Positions 22,731-35,817 of a stretch of 64,000 nt of DNA are shown here, one piece after another. Source of the DNA: Octopus sinensis (lineage: Eukaryota); NCBI RefSeq assembly GCF_006345805.1, contig NC_043000.1, forward strand, positions 151,714,001 to 151,778,000, written 5' to 3'. Each line of letters opens with the position of its first letter. Position 1 is the first letter of the stretch. Under the pieces are notes generated by a model that was not told where the DNA came from, searched no databases, and saw only the letters and a program-made list of their open reading frames with translations. The position numbers and the translations under genes were made by a program.

Positions 22731-23861
22731 GGCTATCCATACATACAGGCGTGTTCTTTATGACCATGCCCCATTTCACACAATTTGGCCTCATTCAAAA
22801 CACCCCCACAACTCTTCTTTCCAACACCTCACTACCCACGATAACCACCCACTGCAGGCCCCTCCACTCTCCCACATGTGCCTATCTGCACACACTCTAT
22901 GATCTAGCATATGTACCATACCTCTACCCACTTTGTACCCATTGTCTTTCTTACTCTTTCTCTCCTTCCTCGTCCTACTGGGGTAGCCAAATATCTCTAT
23001 AGTAAGATAACTATCTCTGTCCCTCTATTATACTCTCACCTCACTCACAGCCACTACCTTCAGTTCCACTCCCTCTCTCAGTTGAAAGGTTTTTGTCTTG
23101 CAACCTACTTGGTGACCCCCACCCCACCCACAAGTGCCATGTAAAAAGCACTCAATACATTCTGTTAAGTGGGTGGCGTTAGGAAAGGAATCTAGGTGTA
23201 GAAACCATGCCAAAACAAACAAATGGCACTTGGTGTAACTCTCTGGTTTGTCAGCTCCTGTTGAACCAGCAAATGATGATGACGATTTTTAAAAAATTAT
23301 TGCAGCACTCATTACTTATTCACAGAATCTTATATATATTTCAATTCATAATATGTCTCACAGTTGGTTAAGCTATCATTCACTGATAGGTCGATTAAGG
23401 CTGTATCAAGTCCAGAGATCAGTTGCAATTCCCACTATAGTCTATTTTCAATTTAAATTTCTAGATTGTCTCCCCTGGATTTCTTGTCAACAAATTATAT
23501 ATTTATGTGTGTGTGTAATGCACACGTGTATTTGTTTGTACCAGTGTCTTGTCATTATGTGATGGTTGGAGACAAGCACCACTGTCATACATGCAGTGTT
23601 GTTCACTCCCAGTTTTCTGTGGAAAACATGTCTGGCCATAGAAATCTAGTCACAGAAAATATACCTCACCAAATTCCATCTGACCCACACAAACGTGAAA
23701 AGCAGACATTACATGATGATAATAATAATAGTATGAAGTTGAATTTGGTGTTTCTGGCAACATCCTTCACCAACCAAATTCTTGCCAACAGAAATCACTT
23801 TCTCTTTCCAGATATAAAATTTAATTCAATAGATAGAAAATCGAATTATCAAACTTCATAT

Positions 23862-24246
23862 AGGCGCAGGAGTGGCTGTGTGGTAAGTAGCTTGCTAACC
23901 AACCACATGGTTCCGGGTTCAGTCCCACTGCGTGGCATCTTGGGCAAGTGTCTTCTGCTATAGCCCCGGGCCGACCAATGCCTTGTGAGTGGATATGGTA
24001 GACGGAAACTGAAAGAAGCCTGTCGTATATATGTATATGTATACATGTATGTGTGTCTGTGTTTGTTCCCCTAGCATTGCTTGACAACCGATGGTGTGTT
24101 TATGTCCCTGTTACTTAGCGGTTCGGCAAAAGAGACCGATAGAATAAGTACTGGGCTTACAAAGAATAAGTCTCGGGGTCGATTTGTTCGACTAAAGGCA
24201 GTGCTGCAGCATGGCCACAGTCAAATAACTGAAACAAGTAAAAGAG
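23862..24246 (+). mobile_element. SINE family 1 in GDAP1 intron 4
   Basis: Consensus match. Confidence 0.85.
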
Positions 24247-25136
24247 TATATGATTATTTTAATCTATGGCTTAAAGAGAGAACCGAATCTGCTCATGTCC
24301 AATACTAACAATCTTCAGTATTCTTTACTGCTAGGCATCACTCCTTCTCTTCCAACTGAATCTTCATTGATATCTACCATTGCCACTTACTATAGTCAAC
24401 CATTCTCTTGGTATTCATTATTCACTCTCTCTTACCATCACCCGTCTTTATAGCTACCCTATAACATTATCCATACAGTTTCTTATTCAATGTGTAGTTA
24501 TCAATCTCTCTCTCATTGCTCCCATTCCTATCAAACTCACATTTACACTCTCTCTTCTATTCACTCCACTCGGTCATGTTCGATTTGAAAGAAAAGGACA
24601 ACAGAGTAGAGAGGGATATCTAGTCCTGCAAGGGACAAAGCTGCCTCTCTAGTGTTAATACCATGATAACAGACATCTAGTAGATACTGTAAAGTGATTG
24701 GCAAACAGAAACAAAATAGAGTAGATAGGACCCATTTTAGTCTTGCTGAAGACATGATAACCTCTCTAGTACTGATAACGAAAGACACCCAGGGCACCCT
24801 GTATAATAATTGTTGTTAGGAAGAGCATCCAGTCAATTGAAGCTATACAAAAAAATGGAATCCATGAGTAAGATGCAATTCTTTGACCCATCTGGGACAT
24901 GAAAAGCAGATATAAAACAATGATATTTATGTAGATACACACACACACACACAATACTAAATTTTTCTTAAGAGTAAAAAAGAAATCAAACTAATATCTT
25001 TGAATTTTGCTTTAAAGATATTACAACCAAAACACCTTTTCATTTTTAAAAAGTTTCTGACCCTGTATATGATACAAGTACTCTCTGTATTGTGATACAG
25101 CCCATGTAGATTCTTGATTTGGTAAACCTTCACATA

Positions 25137-25510
25137 TCTTTATATATAAAAGAGAGGTTGTGTGTCTGTCTCCTACGATTTAGATTCCTAACTACTCCCA
25201 CATTTTGCGGTGCAGTGTAACCAAAAGCGGGTATCTTATAGTCATGATTCATATCGAGCCCTTCTGGGTATTAGCGCACGTCTACAATTTAAAAAAAATT
25301 TACCATCATTTTTTTCCATTTTAATGCATTTTTCGCTATTATATAAGGGAAGTAACTCTCTAAAAATGTCAACGATTTAAAAAAAAATTTACCACAATTT
25401 TTTTTTCTATTTTTAATGCATTTTTTTCTATTCTTTGGCTATAACTCTCTAAAAATGCTTATATAGTTATTTCCCTTACAAACCCGAGCAACATCAGGCG
25501 ATACTGCTAG
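25137..25510 (+). mobile_element. Non-autonomous Helitron family A
   Basis: A|TCTTTATATATAAAA...cccgagcaacatcaggcgatactgCTAG|T; no TSD. Confidence 0.8.
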
Positions 25511-25659
25511 TTAATACTAGAACCACATGCCTACTATCTTCTCATTTTATGTAAGATTACAAAGGATATTTATCTCCTGAAAACAAATCATGTACAAAAG
25601 TATAAAAAGATAAAAGATATTCCTGTTAAAATAAAAATGAAAGAAACACAGTAACTGAC

Positions 25660-25860
25660 CTTCTGATGATGACATGATGAGGGTTTCCATTTCATCAAGG
25701 ATATCCTCAAGATCTTCAAGTTCTTGCATTACTTGTTCAATGTCCATAATCTGTTCAAAACGTTGAGCTGTCTGCTGACTTTTAGAAAGATAAGTATCAC
25801 GGAAACTTGGATTTTTCTCTGCAAGTTTAAGCATTGTTCCCAGTCGGGCTCCATAGTTTT
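25660..25860 (-). CDS. GDAP1: GDAP1 coding exon 4 (alpha4-alpha5 helical insert)
   Basis: Acceptor attgcag|AA, donor GAAG|gtcagt; LKLAEKNPSFRDTYLSKSQQ...LEDLEDILDEME resembles human LKKLAEENPDLQEAYIAKQK...LDELEKVLDQVE; phase 1/1. Confidence 0.9.
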
Positions 25861-25907
25861 CTGCAATAAATATGGTAATAAAAAAAATCTCTAAGAAAAT
25901 GAAGCAG

Positions 25908-26320
25908 ACAGGAGTGGCTGTGTGGTAAGTAGCTTGTTTACCAACCACATGGTTCCGGGTTCAGTCCCACTGCGTGGCACCTTGGGCAAGTGCCTTCTAC
26001 TATAGCCTCGGGCCGACCAAAGCCTTGTGAGTGATTTGGTAGATGGAAACTGAAAGAAGCCCGTCGTATATATGTATATATATATATATATATGTGTATG
26101 TGTGTGTGTTTGTGTGTCTGCATTTGTCCCCCTGGCATTGCTTGACAACCGATGCTGGTGTGTTCATGTCCCCGTCACTTAGAGATTCGGCAAAAACAGA
26201 CCGATAGAATAAGTACTGGGCTTACAAAGAATAAGTGCCGGGGTCGAGTTGCTCGATTAAAGGCGGTGCTCCAGCATGGCCGCAGTCAAATGACTGAAAC
26301 AAATAAAAGAGTAAAAGAGA
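25908..26320 (+). mobile_element. SINE family 1, about 50 nt from the GDAP1 exon 4 acceptor
   Basis: Consensus match. Confidence 0.85.
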
Positions 26321-26525
26321 GACACAATCAACCTAATTTTTAAAGCATCATAAGTGTATGCATCTGCATACACACATACACAGACCACTCTGAACTACTA
26401 TACACTATGCACTTAAATGACCTTATGGGAATACTGCTATTGCAGCAGGGGACACTTGATTTTTTAAGTATTGCTTTCTTTTTGAAAGACTTAATGATAA
26501 ACTAAATAAAAAGGCTTCTTTTTAA

Positions 26526-26746
26526 CCCTTTAGCATTCAGATTACTTTGTCAAATGTAATGCTTATTTGTTCACATTTTCTGAAATTCATCATGTATTAC
26601 CTTGTAGCTTTGAGATTTCAAAAATATGATTGTCTATTTTTAGAATGGCATTACAGGCTAGGTGTGAGAAGCAAGATCTGGCCAGTTTGAACATAAAATA
26701 GATGGCATATTTGGGGTAGATATGGCCAATTTTAGATGCTAAAGGG
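26526..26746. mobile_element. piggyBac-type MITE
   Basis: TTAA TSD on both sides; TIR CCCTTTAGCAT / ATGCTAAAGGG. Confidence 0.8.
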
Positions 26747-26804
26747 TTAATTATCAGAAATAATGATTTAAGTGAATTCATAAAATTTATAAATATCATA
26801 ATCA

Positions 26805-27190
26805 TCATCATCATCATCATCATCATTTAACGTCCGCTTTCCATGCTAGCATGGGTTGGACGATTTGACTGATGACTGGCAAACCAGATGGCTACGCCAG
26901 GCTCCAATCTTGATCTGGCAGAGTTTCTACAGCTGGATGCCCTTCCTAATGCCAACCACTCCATGAGTGTAGTGGGTGCTTTTACGTGCCACCGGCACGA
27001 GGGCCAGTCTGGCGGTACTGGCAATGGCCACGCTCGAAATGGTGTTTTTTATGTGCCACCTGCACAGCAGTCAGTCCAGCGGAACTGGCAACGACCTTGC
27101 TCAAATGTTTCGTTCAAGTGCCAGTAAAGCGACGCTCATAACGATCACGCTCAAATGGTGCTTTTTACATGCCACCGGCACAGAAGCCAG
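26805..27190 (-). mobile_element. SINE family 2
   Basis: (TCA)n tail followed by the reverse-complement consensus. Confidence 0.8.
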
Positions 27191-27469
27191 ACATGTTATG
27201 AGTAGCTTAATATTGGAAGTCAAATATTTTATTTTCACTGCAGTGTATTTTTCATTTCAAAAACCTTAGACAGACAATTCAAAAGTAAAACATTGTAAAA
27301 TAGTAACAAAAAGACATATGAGAGCGAAATTATTATCTGTCACAGGTTAACAGTAGTTTTGTGACAATATTTATTTATGTCCCTTTAGATACTTTGCTTT
27401 TTCATCCTTTCAGAATCAATAAAACGAGTTTTATCTAAATTACTGTTCACTCTACCAATTAACTGATAG

Positions 27470-27705
27470 TAATAATAATAATAATAATTGTGTCCAGTGC
27501 TCAGGTGCACTACAACTCATCTAAAGTGTATATATAATCAGGTGTAGTTTTGGCAGATTTCGGAAAGCATGAGGGCCTTAAAGGATGCAGTGTCATGGCA
27601 GTCAACAACTGACGCAGGCAGTTTATTCCATGCTTCAGCAACTCTGAGCGTGAAAAAATGTTTCCGAAAGTCATGGGAGCTGTGTTGTTTTCTGACTTGT
27701 ACCTT
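27470..27705 (-). mobile_element. CR1-type LINE 3' end
   Basis: Homologous to 30556-30860; (ATT)n tail. Confidence 0.7.
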
Positions 27706-28010
27706 GTACCTATTATACGAGAAATCATTAAATCATTATTATTATCATTATTAAGTAAGGGCAGTGGATTGGTAGACTTGTTACAGCATTTTCTACAGTC
27801 CTCATCATGACTATTCTGCAGAAAACTAATAAATAACATCAAAAATGCAAAGGAAACATTTTCCCAAAAACTGAATGATGTTAATGGAAGAAGATAGGAA
27901 GACCAAATTTTAAATAGAATATATCCAAATAAATCAGTATATATTAAGAATGTATCATATGTAAAACATACGCAAAAATTTGTTTTCTTTTTAAATTTCC
28001 ATGACAAATA

Positions 28011-30059
28011 TTGGGTCATCCCATAAATAATAGGTTTTCAACTGCATGAATTAAAAATCAGAGGGGGATGGGATAAACTACCTGCATCAACTTGCTATAA
28101 AAGCAGGTAATAATTTTACCTTGTACTTATTCTTAATGTAAGCTTTGAAGAGTGCAGTTTGATTTTAACAGTTATTTTTTCAAAGCTATAATGGAAGATA
28201 ATTCATGATGGAGTTATACCCAATGACTGGCATAGCAACACCATAGTCAACTGCTACAAAGGTAAAGGTGAGGTTTTAGACAGAAATAACTACAGGAATA
28301 TCAAACTGCTGGATCAGGTGATGAAGGTCACGGAGAGGGCCATAGCCCAACTAATTAGGGAGAGAGTCTGCTTAGATGAGATGTAGTTTGGCTTTGTGCC
28401 AGGTAGAAGCACCACCAATGCTATATTCCTGGTATGGCAACTGCAGGAGAAATACCTAGCCAAAGATAAACCCCTATATTTGGCTTTTGTGGACTTGGAG
28501 AAAGCCTTTGACAGGGTCCCCCGATTCCTTATCTGGTTGGCATTGCGGAAACTAGGGATTGACAAATGGTTAATAAGAACTGTACAGGCCCTATACAGAG
28601 ATGCCATTAGAAGGGTTAGGATTGGAATGAGTATAGTGAAGAATTACGGGTAGAAGTAAGGGTCCATCAAAGATCAGCCCTCAGCCCCCTCTTATTCATC
28701 ATAGTCCTCCAAGCAATAACAGAGGAATTCAAGACAGGTTGCCACTGGGAGCTCTTCTATACTGATGACCTGGCCTTCATAGCAGAATCCCTACCAGAAC
28801 TAGAGAAAAACTTCAAGTGTGGAAGCAAGGTTTAGAATCGAAGGGCCTTAGAGTCAATGTTGCAAAGACCAAAAAGTTCTAGTAAGTAAGAAGGTGAACA
28901 CATCACATACCCCTTCACGTAGGTGGCCCTGCTCGATCTGTAGAAAAGGTGTAGGTAGAAAATCCATAAGATGTACCCAGTGTAAGCTATGGACACATAA
29001 GAGGTGCAGCAACATCAAAGGAAGATTAATAATGAAGATAGCTTTCACATGCAGCTGATGCACAGGGGCAATAAACACCACAGATGCTCAGAAAACAGAT
29101 TCCATCACATGCCAGAGGGAGAAACTAGAAGTAGTTGATAACTTCCCCTGCCTAGGTGACTAAGTCTGTAGTGGGGGTGGATTATCAGAGAGCGTTACCA
29201 CTAGAATAAGAATAGTCTGAGCAAAGTTCAGAAAGCTTCTACCCCTACTGGTGACAAAGGGCCTCTTGCTCAGAGTGAAAGGTAGATTGTACGATGCAAG
29301 TGTGTGAACTGCCACGCTTCACGGCAGTGAAACATGGACCATGACAGCTGAAGTCATGCGTAGGCTCAAAAGAAATGAAGCTAGAATGATCCGCTGAATG
29401 TGTAATGTCAGTGTGCACACTCGACAGAGTGTAAGCTCCCTGAGCGAAATGTTAGATATAAGAAGCATCGGATGTGGCATGTAAGAGAAACGTTTGCATT
29501 GGTAAAGTCATGTACTGTGGATGGATGAGGAGAGCTGTGTGAAGAAGTGCCACTCCCAAACAGTTTGGTGGGATATGAAAGGTTTAGCCCACTCTGAACT
29601 TTTAAACTCAAACCAAACGATGAGAAAGGAGATCTATTGCAAACAGCTTAAGTCAGCGCTAGTAAAAAAAATGACCATATTTGGTTTCAAGACAAAAGGT
29701 GTTTTTCCATCAGGATAATGCTCGGTCACATTCCAAAAGCTGGAACAATTTGAATGGGAAACAAAGCCCCACAAAACATATTCGCCAACATTGCCCCCTC
29801 TGACTCTCATTTATTCCGCAGTCTTCAAAATAATTTGGATGGCAAAAATATGAATTCTGTAGAGGAGGTCAGAACAGTACTGGAGGAGTATTTTATGTCA
29901 TAGACAAGTGAATTTTGGAAGAGGGACCTTGCAAGTCTACCAGATAGATCGAAGAGCAGTGTAGAACATGAAGGAGAGTATATTTTAGATAAAAAAGACT
30001 GTTAATTTTGAAAAATAAAGAAAGTATTAAAAAAACACATTATTTATGGGATGACCTAA
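28011..30059 (+). mobile_element. Mariner TIR-bounded composite containing an RTE LINE fragment
   Basis: TA|TTGGGTCATCCCATAAATAAT...ATTATTTATGGGATGACCTAA|TA; mariner C-terminal motifs (WWDMKG, QDNARSH) at ~29570-29990. Confidence 0.8.
28170..29560 (+). pseudogene. RTE-clade reverse transcriptase fragment
   Basis: PGRSTTNAIFLVWQLQEKYLAKDKPLYLAFVDLEKAFDRVPR; degenerate YTDD; many stops and frameshifts. Confidence 0.85.
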
Positions 30060-30202
30060 TATATTTTTTGTATTATATAACTACAAACACATTTTTGGGG
30101 GCTTGGAATCAATGTTTAAAACACCTAGTAATCCCAACAACTTATTAAGATAGTCATCTGGGATTTATTATGTGTATGTTAATGTATGATGAAATAACTT
30201 AC

Positions 30203-30373
30203 CTTTCATTGTTTTCTGTACATAAAACGGTAATTTACAACCAGTTATAGAAAGCTCTTCATGCATAATAATTCCATATGAAATAATTTCTACTTTGACA
30301 CAATTTAAGAGCTTTCTTATTCGTGATACTTCTTGACCAACTTCAAAAGACTCATCAGGAACAAGAGTAACAA
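30203..30373 (-). CDS. GDAP1: GDAP1 coding exon 3
   Basis: Acceptor ttgttag|TT, donor AAAG|gtaagt; TLVPDESFEVGQEVSRIRKLLNCVKVEIISYGIIMHEELS resembles human LMPDKESMYYPRVQHYRELLDSLPMDAYTHGCILHPEL; phase 1/1. Confidence 0.88.
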
Positions 30374-30555
30374 CTAACAAGACAAAAGGAAAAAATAATA
30401 ATAATATTAAAGAATATTTCATAACAAATGCATATCAACAATATTCTAGGGTTTATATTCAGGGCTATAATTTTAAAATATTTTCATTTTTAGATTAATG
30501 AAAATTTCTCAGAGCTAGCAATGCATAAACACACACACACACACTTTTCCATTTA

Positions 30556-31196
30556 ATAATAATAATGAAATTATTGTATACAGTGCTCAGGTGCACCACA
30601 ACTTGTCAGAAAGTGCATATAGAGTATATGCAGTAATGTACAAATGTCTGGAAAGCGAACAATGTATGAGTCAGATACATGCTTGTGTGTGTATGGAGGG
30701 GAGAAAATCAGGTGTAGTGTTGGCAAATCTCAGAAAGCATGGAGGTTTTGAAGGATGCAGTGCTCCGACAACTAACAACTGATGCCGGCAGTTTGTTCCA
30801 TGCTTCAGCAACTCTCAGCGTGAAAAAATGTTTCCTGAAGTCATGGGAGCTGTGCTGTTTTCTTACTTTGTAAATATGTCCACGGGTGTTAGATGGGTGG
30901 AGTTTGAAAAGGTGCTCAGAGTTATTGTTTGTACGATGGTTGATAATTTTATGGGTGTCTGCCAAGTCAGCTGCCAGACGTCGGAGTTTCAATGTGTCCA
31001 TGCCCAGGGAAGTAAGGCGTTCAGGATATGGCAAATGCCTGATGGAGGGTATTCTTTTGGTTGCACGTCGTTGAACAGCTTCCAGACGATTGATATCCTG
31101 GGCAAGATAGGGGTTCCAGACCGGTGATGCAAATTCCAGGTGAGGTCTTACCATAGCTATATAAAGCCGCAGATAGATAGCCGGAGAGCGGCTCAC
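30556..31196 (-). mobile_element. CR1-clade LINE 3' fragment (ORF2 C-terminus and tail)
   Basis: LYIAMVRPHLEFASPVWNPY...LEAVQRRATK...YPERL...NTRGH...FFTLRVAEAWNKLP. Confidence 0.9.
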
Positions 31197-31364
31197 AAAG
31201 GATATTCACACATTCACACAATCTTTCTGTAAAAGCAAAATCCATTAAAAAGGATAACAGAAAAGAAAAAAAACAAGAGGTATTATAACCACTTAGCTAC
31301 ATTTGTATACTGGGATACAAGTAAATGTGTCACGCAAAATATAAAAAAAAAGGGACTTTCTCAC

Positions 31365-31557
31365 CTGATTGAACAGTCGATTCTAAGTAATCAATAATGT
31401 TGTCTGATTCAACAATAACTTTGTCTCCATCTTTCAAGGCGGGTATTTTTCCTTTAGGATTGATTTCCAAAAACCAGGGTTCATTTTGTTGACCAGCAAG
31501 TAAGTTTACATAATGTCTCTTGAACGGAATTTCTTTCTCGTACAGAGCTAAAACAAC
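31365..31557 (-). CDS. GDAP1: GDAP1 coding exon 2 (GST N-terminal thioredoxin-like domain)
   Basis: Acceptor ctcacag|GTT, donor CAG|gtgaga; VVLALYEKEIPF...NEPWFLEINPKGKIPALKDGDKVIVESDNIIDYLES; 193 nt. Confidence 0.93.
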
Positions 31558-31740
31558 CTGTGAGATAAATATCAAATAACTGATTAATTATCTCAGTCTA
31601 ATAATAGTCATGGAAAATGTAAAGTATTTAAAAATTTAGCTAGTCTCACATTTATACTAAGAACCATCATCTATTTCATGAACATTTAAACCTTAAATCA
31701 GTTTTTTAAGTAGTTATTCCTGGTTAGTCAGCTTCATTAA

Positions 31741-32291
31741 CCCTTTCGTTACCGTATTTATTTTGAGATACTCTTTTACTTGTTTCAGTCATTTGACTGT
31801 GGCCATGCTGGAGCACCGCCTTTAATCGAGCAACTCGACCCCGGGACTTTAACGGGGACATAAACACACCAGCATCGGTTGTCAAGCAATGCTAGGGGGA
31901 CAAACACAGACACGCAAACACACACACGCATATATATATATATGACGGGCTTCTTTCAGTTTCCGTCTACCAAATCCACTCACAAGGCTTTGGTCGGCCC
32001 AAGGCTATAGTAAAAGACACTTGCCCAAGGTGCCACGCAGTGGGACTGAACCCGGAACCATGTGGTTGGTAGACAAGCTACTTACCACACAGCCACTCCT
32101 GTTCTGTGTTTCTTTGAATTACTTTAAATATAACAAAGAATTTAGTAAAATAACTTAGTTATTATTCAGCTAGTGTTAGGAACATAAATTGTGACTACAG
32201 ATTGGTGGAAGATTTTAATTCAAAATTTATAAAAACAAGACATTTGTACTCAGAGCCAGAGCTGGTTTCAGCCGGGTTGGTAGCGAAAGGG
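31741..32291. mobile_element. piggyBac-type MITE (second family) with SINE family 1 (~31773-32100, -) nested inside
   Basis: TTAA|CCCTTTCGTTACC...GGTAGCGAAAGGG|TTAA. Confidence 0.8.
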
Positions 32292-33384
32292 TTAACATAA
32301 GTTGTACATAAGATAATCCTCTCTCAGACTATTAATCTATGTTTTGAAATGAGATGCATTTTTGGTTGGTTTGGTATCTTATTGTCATTAGGAATCTAAT
32401 TCACAGATGTGTATCTGTAACAACTTTACTTCAGTTTGCAGATTGTCAGGTTAATGCGTGTCCTTTAGTGGTTTTACAAAATCCCTTGTCCCCAATATAC
32501 CAAACCATAAAAATTAATGTGATAACTGGTTTTACTCCAGCTTCCCATAGGATACACGCAAAACTTAGGGTCACCAGTTGCCACTGGATTCTGGAAGAAA
32601 TGCATACTGGATTTGACAAGAATTAGGAGTATTTCTATTTCTCCATACACTATTGCTAGAGAATCACTGGCCCTATGCTGAGGTCATCGGTCCTTTTGTA
32701 TGTCTTGTTTTGGCTTGCTGAGTCTCTAGCAATCCTCCTCAACAAAGTAGCCTGATGGAGATGCTGATTTAGATATCAATGACCAGATCACATAACATGT
32801 ACTGGATTACAAGTTACCATTAGTAGCCAAAGCAACATGACAAATCTGGATGTGTACATAGGACCAGACTAGATTCAAAATAGCAACTTTTATTTCTAAA
32901 CTCAAGGTAATAACAATCTTATTCACTCGACCATCAAATGAAGTGAAACGGTTTCAAAATAAATATTAAACAATCCTACATCTATAAAGATGATGTTAAT
33001 AGTCAGAAAAATCCTATCTTGTTAACAACACATCTCAAATATTTGACATTTACTGAATGTTTTTTGGGGTTTTCTTTTTTTTCATAATCAAATAAAATTT
33101 TAAATGTGTATCAATAATTTAAAATAGTTGTATATTACTGAGAGTATAGATTACAAGGTTTTATGTATGACTTTAACAATAATGAAAGAAATATCCAAAG
33201 CTGAACTATTAAGGAAGTACACTCTGCAAGTCTTCTTAACAGAAACTGTTATAGCATTCTTCCTCAACCTTTTCACTCTCGTGGTTCCAGTTCTTGCAGG
33301 GTTCTCTTATGTCTACAAAAGTAACTAAGTTCAAAACTTTAGGCAGTTGTTATAACTGAATTTTTTATAACCGTTCGTGTCCGT

Positions 33385-33647
33385 TGCCAGCCTCGCCTGG
33401 CCCCCGTGCCGGTGGCACGTAAAAGCACCATCCGTCCGTGGCCGTTTGCCAGCTCCGTCTGGCACCTGTGCGGGTGGCATGTAAAAAGCACCCACTACAC
33501 TCACGGAGTGGTTGGCGTTAGGAAGGGCATCCAGCCGTACAAACACTGCCAGATCAGACTGGGCCTGATGCAGCCTTCCGGCTTCACAGACCCCAGTTGA
33601 ACCGTCCAACCCATGCTGGCATGGAAAGCGGATGCTAAATGATGATG
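33385..33647 (+). mobile_element. SINE family 2
   Basis: Two GTGC(C)GG(G)TGGCA units, conserved body, (TGA)n tail. Confidence 0.8.
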
Positions 33648-33984
33648 TTCACTAAAATGACCCAAACAATCCTCTATGAAACTGTTTAACTTTGAACTGG
33701 TTGTTATTCTAAACAGTCCCAACAACAAGCAAGCAAGCAAACAAAAGTTAAGTGGCAACATTAGAATAACAATGAAATCACAAACCAGACACAATCTGCA
33801 GATGTGTTGGAGATATTTTTACATATCATAAATATCATATTACTTCAAACCTAGAAGATTAATCAGGTTATCAGATGTAAATCTGCAGTTCTTAAATGAC
33901 GATATTACACTAGTCTTTTAAGTTGTGGTGAGAATTAGTATGTCTTAAACGTGTTGGGAATATGGGAGATGCTGAAGATTGAAT

Positions 33985-34110
33985 GTAGTAGTCTCCAGGG
34001 ATACAGGCATCCAGCAACAGGACCTCCGTAATGCTATGATGCACCGTGAAGTCTGGCGTAGCATAGTAAATTCCATTGTCTCGACCACGGTCAAACGATG
34101 ATGATGATTA
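33985..34110 (+). mobile_element. RTE LINE extreme 3' end; second copy at ~17590-17715 (-)
   Basis: QDLRNAMMHREVWRSIVNSIVSTTVKR followed by (TGA)n. Confidence 0.65.
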
Positions 34111-34351
34111 TAGAAATTAATGATGTTGACCTGTTAGAAACATTACTACAGGGCATTACAAAATCAAGTGGCAATTCAACATAAAGGTGGAGAAGGTAGT
34201 AATATCAGCCAATTAATAACATTTATGATCACATGTGCTTCATGAAGGATATTTTGAAGGGAGCTATTTGTTTAAAAATGATGTTTTATAATTTTTTTTA
34301 TACGTACATGAACATCGAAACAAATATCAATGGAAATAGTAGTTGTGATAC

Positions 34352-34800
34352 CTGTGCCGGTGGCACATAAAAAGCACCATCCAAACGTGGCCGTTGCCAG
34401 CGCCGCCTCAACTGGCTTCTGTGCTGGTGGCACATAAAAAGCACCATCTGAACGTGGCCGATGCCAGCGCCGCCTCTACTGGCTTCTGTGCCGGTGGCAC
34501 ATAAAAAGCACCATCCGAACGTGGCCAATGCCAGCGCCGCCTTGGCTGGCTTCCGTTCCGGTGGCACGTTAAAAGCACCAACCAATCGTGGACGATGCCA
34601 GACCCCCCTGGCACCTGTGCAGGTGGCATGTGAAAAGCACCCACTACACTCGCGGAGTGGTTGGCATTAGGAAGGGCATCCAGCTGTAGAAACACTGCCA
34701 GATCAGACTGGAGCCTGGTGCAGCCCCTGGCTTCCCAGACCCCAGTCGAACCTTCCAACCCGTGCTAGCGCAGAAAACGGACGTTAAACGATGATGATGA
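34352..34800 (+). mobile_element. SINE family 2 with four 67-bp tandem units
   Basis: Unit starts at 34352, 34419, 34486 and 34553, then body and (TGA)n tail. Confidence 0.85.
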
Positions 34801-35817
34801 TATTTGAGCTTAGTGAGGTCAACTTTGCCTTTCATCCTTTTGGGATGTCAATAAAAGAATGAAGTACCAATCCAGGATGGTAGAGTGACAGAAGTGTAAG
34901 AATGTTGAATCAGATGCTTAGTATTCTACCAATTCCTGCCTACTTGGATAATAAGACTTAATCCATCCCTTTGCACCTTGGGTGCCTTTAGCAGAGTTCC
35001 CTTTTCTAAGTGCATTTGGACCAGGTCTTCAGTTCATGGATACCTTTCTCTTTCTCAACCATCCCAAAGGCTCTGTAAGGGAAAATGGGAAGACTGGTCT
35101 CCTGGATTATGCGGTGCAGTCATGCCACCCCTGAATGGGATGCCAGCCTGTCATAGGATTAATCATTTTTGCCAGCTTAGTAGACGAGAGCAATGTGAAA
35201 TGGAGTGACTCAAGAATACAATGCATTGCCCAGTCCGGGAATTGAAACCACAATCTTATGATCATGAGTCCAACACTATAACCACTAAGTCATGCACCTC
35301 CACCTTTTTGACTAAAAGATAAATTCAGGCTAAGATTTTTTGCCAGAAATAATCAGATAACATGCAACTAAAGTAAATTTCATTATATTGCCCTTGTGAT
35401 GACCCATTTGTCCAACCTGATAAAAAAAAAGGTTACTGCTACTCTTAATTGTTTGATAAGTAATTTCTCTGCTTGGAGTAATAGGAATATGACAGATGTA
35501 TGTTATTCTAATTGAGACAGTGACCTTTTAATGGAAACTTGATTGTTCTAATGACTTACTCAGCAACACCATTAGAGTCTGGATTGTAAGCAAGACTTCA
35601 ATATTTCTTACAACCAAGTCAGTTAAATCATTCCTACAATTAAGTGAATTCCAATCTATTGTATGGCACTGCTGTCATTTGAATACCAAATCTAATGCAG
35701 ATGGACATTTCTTAGCTTCAAATGGATCTTAAGAAGGCTTCAGTTTAAGAAGTAATTGAATTGACTATCATTAACATATTCCCAGCATTTTTTTACGTTT
35801 TTCAATCCATATTGAAA

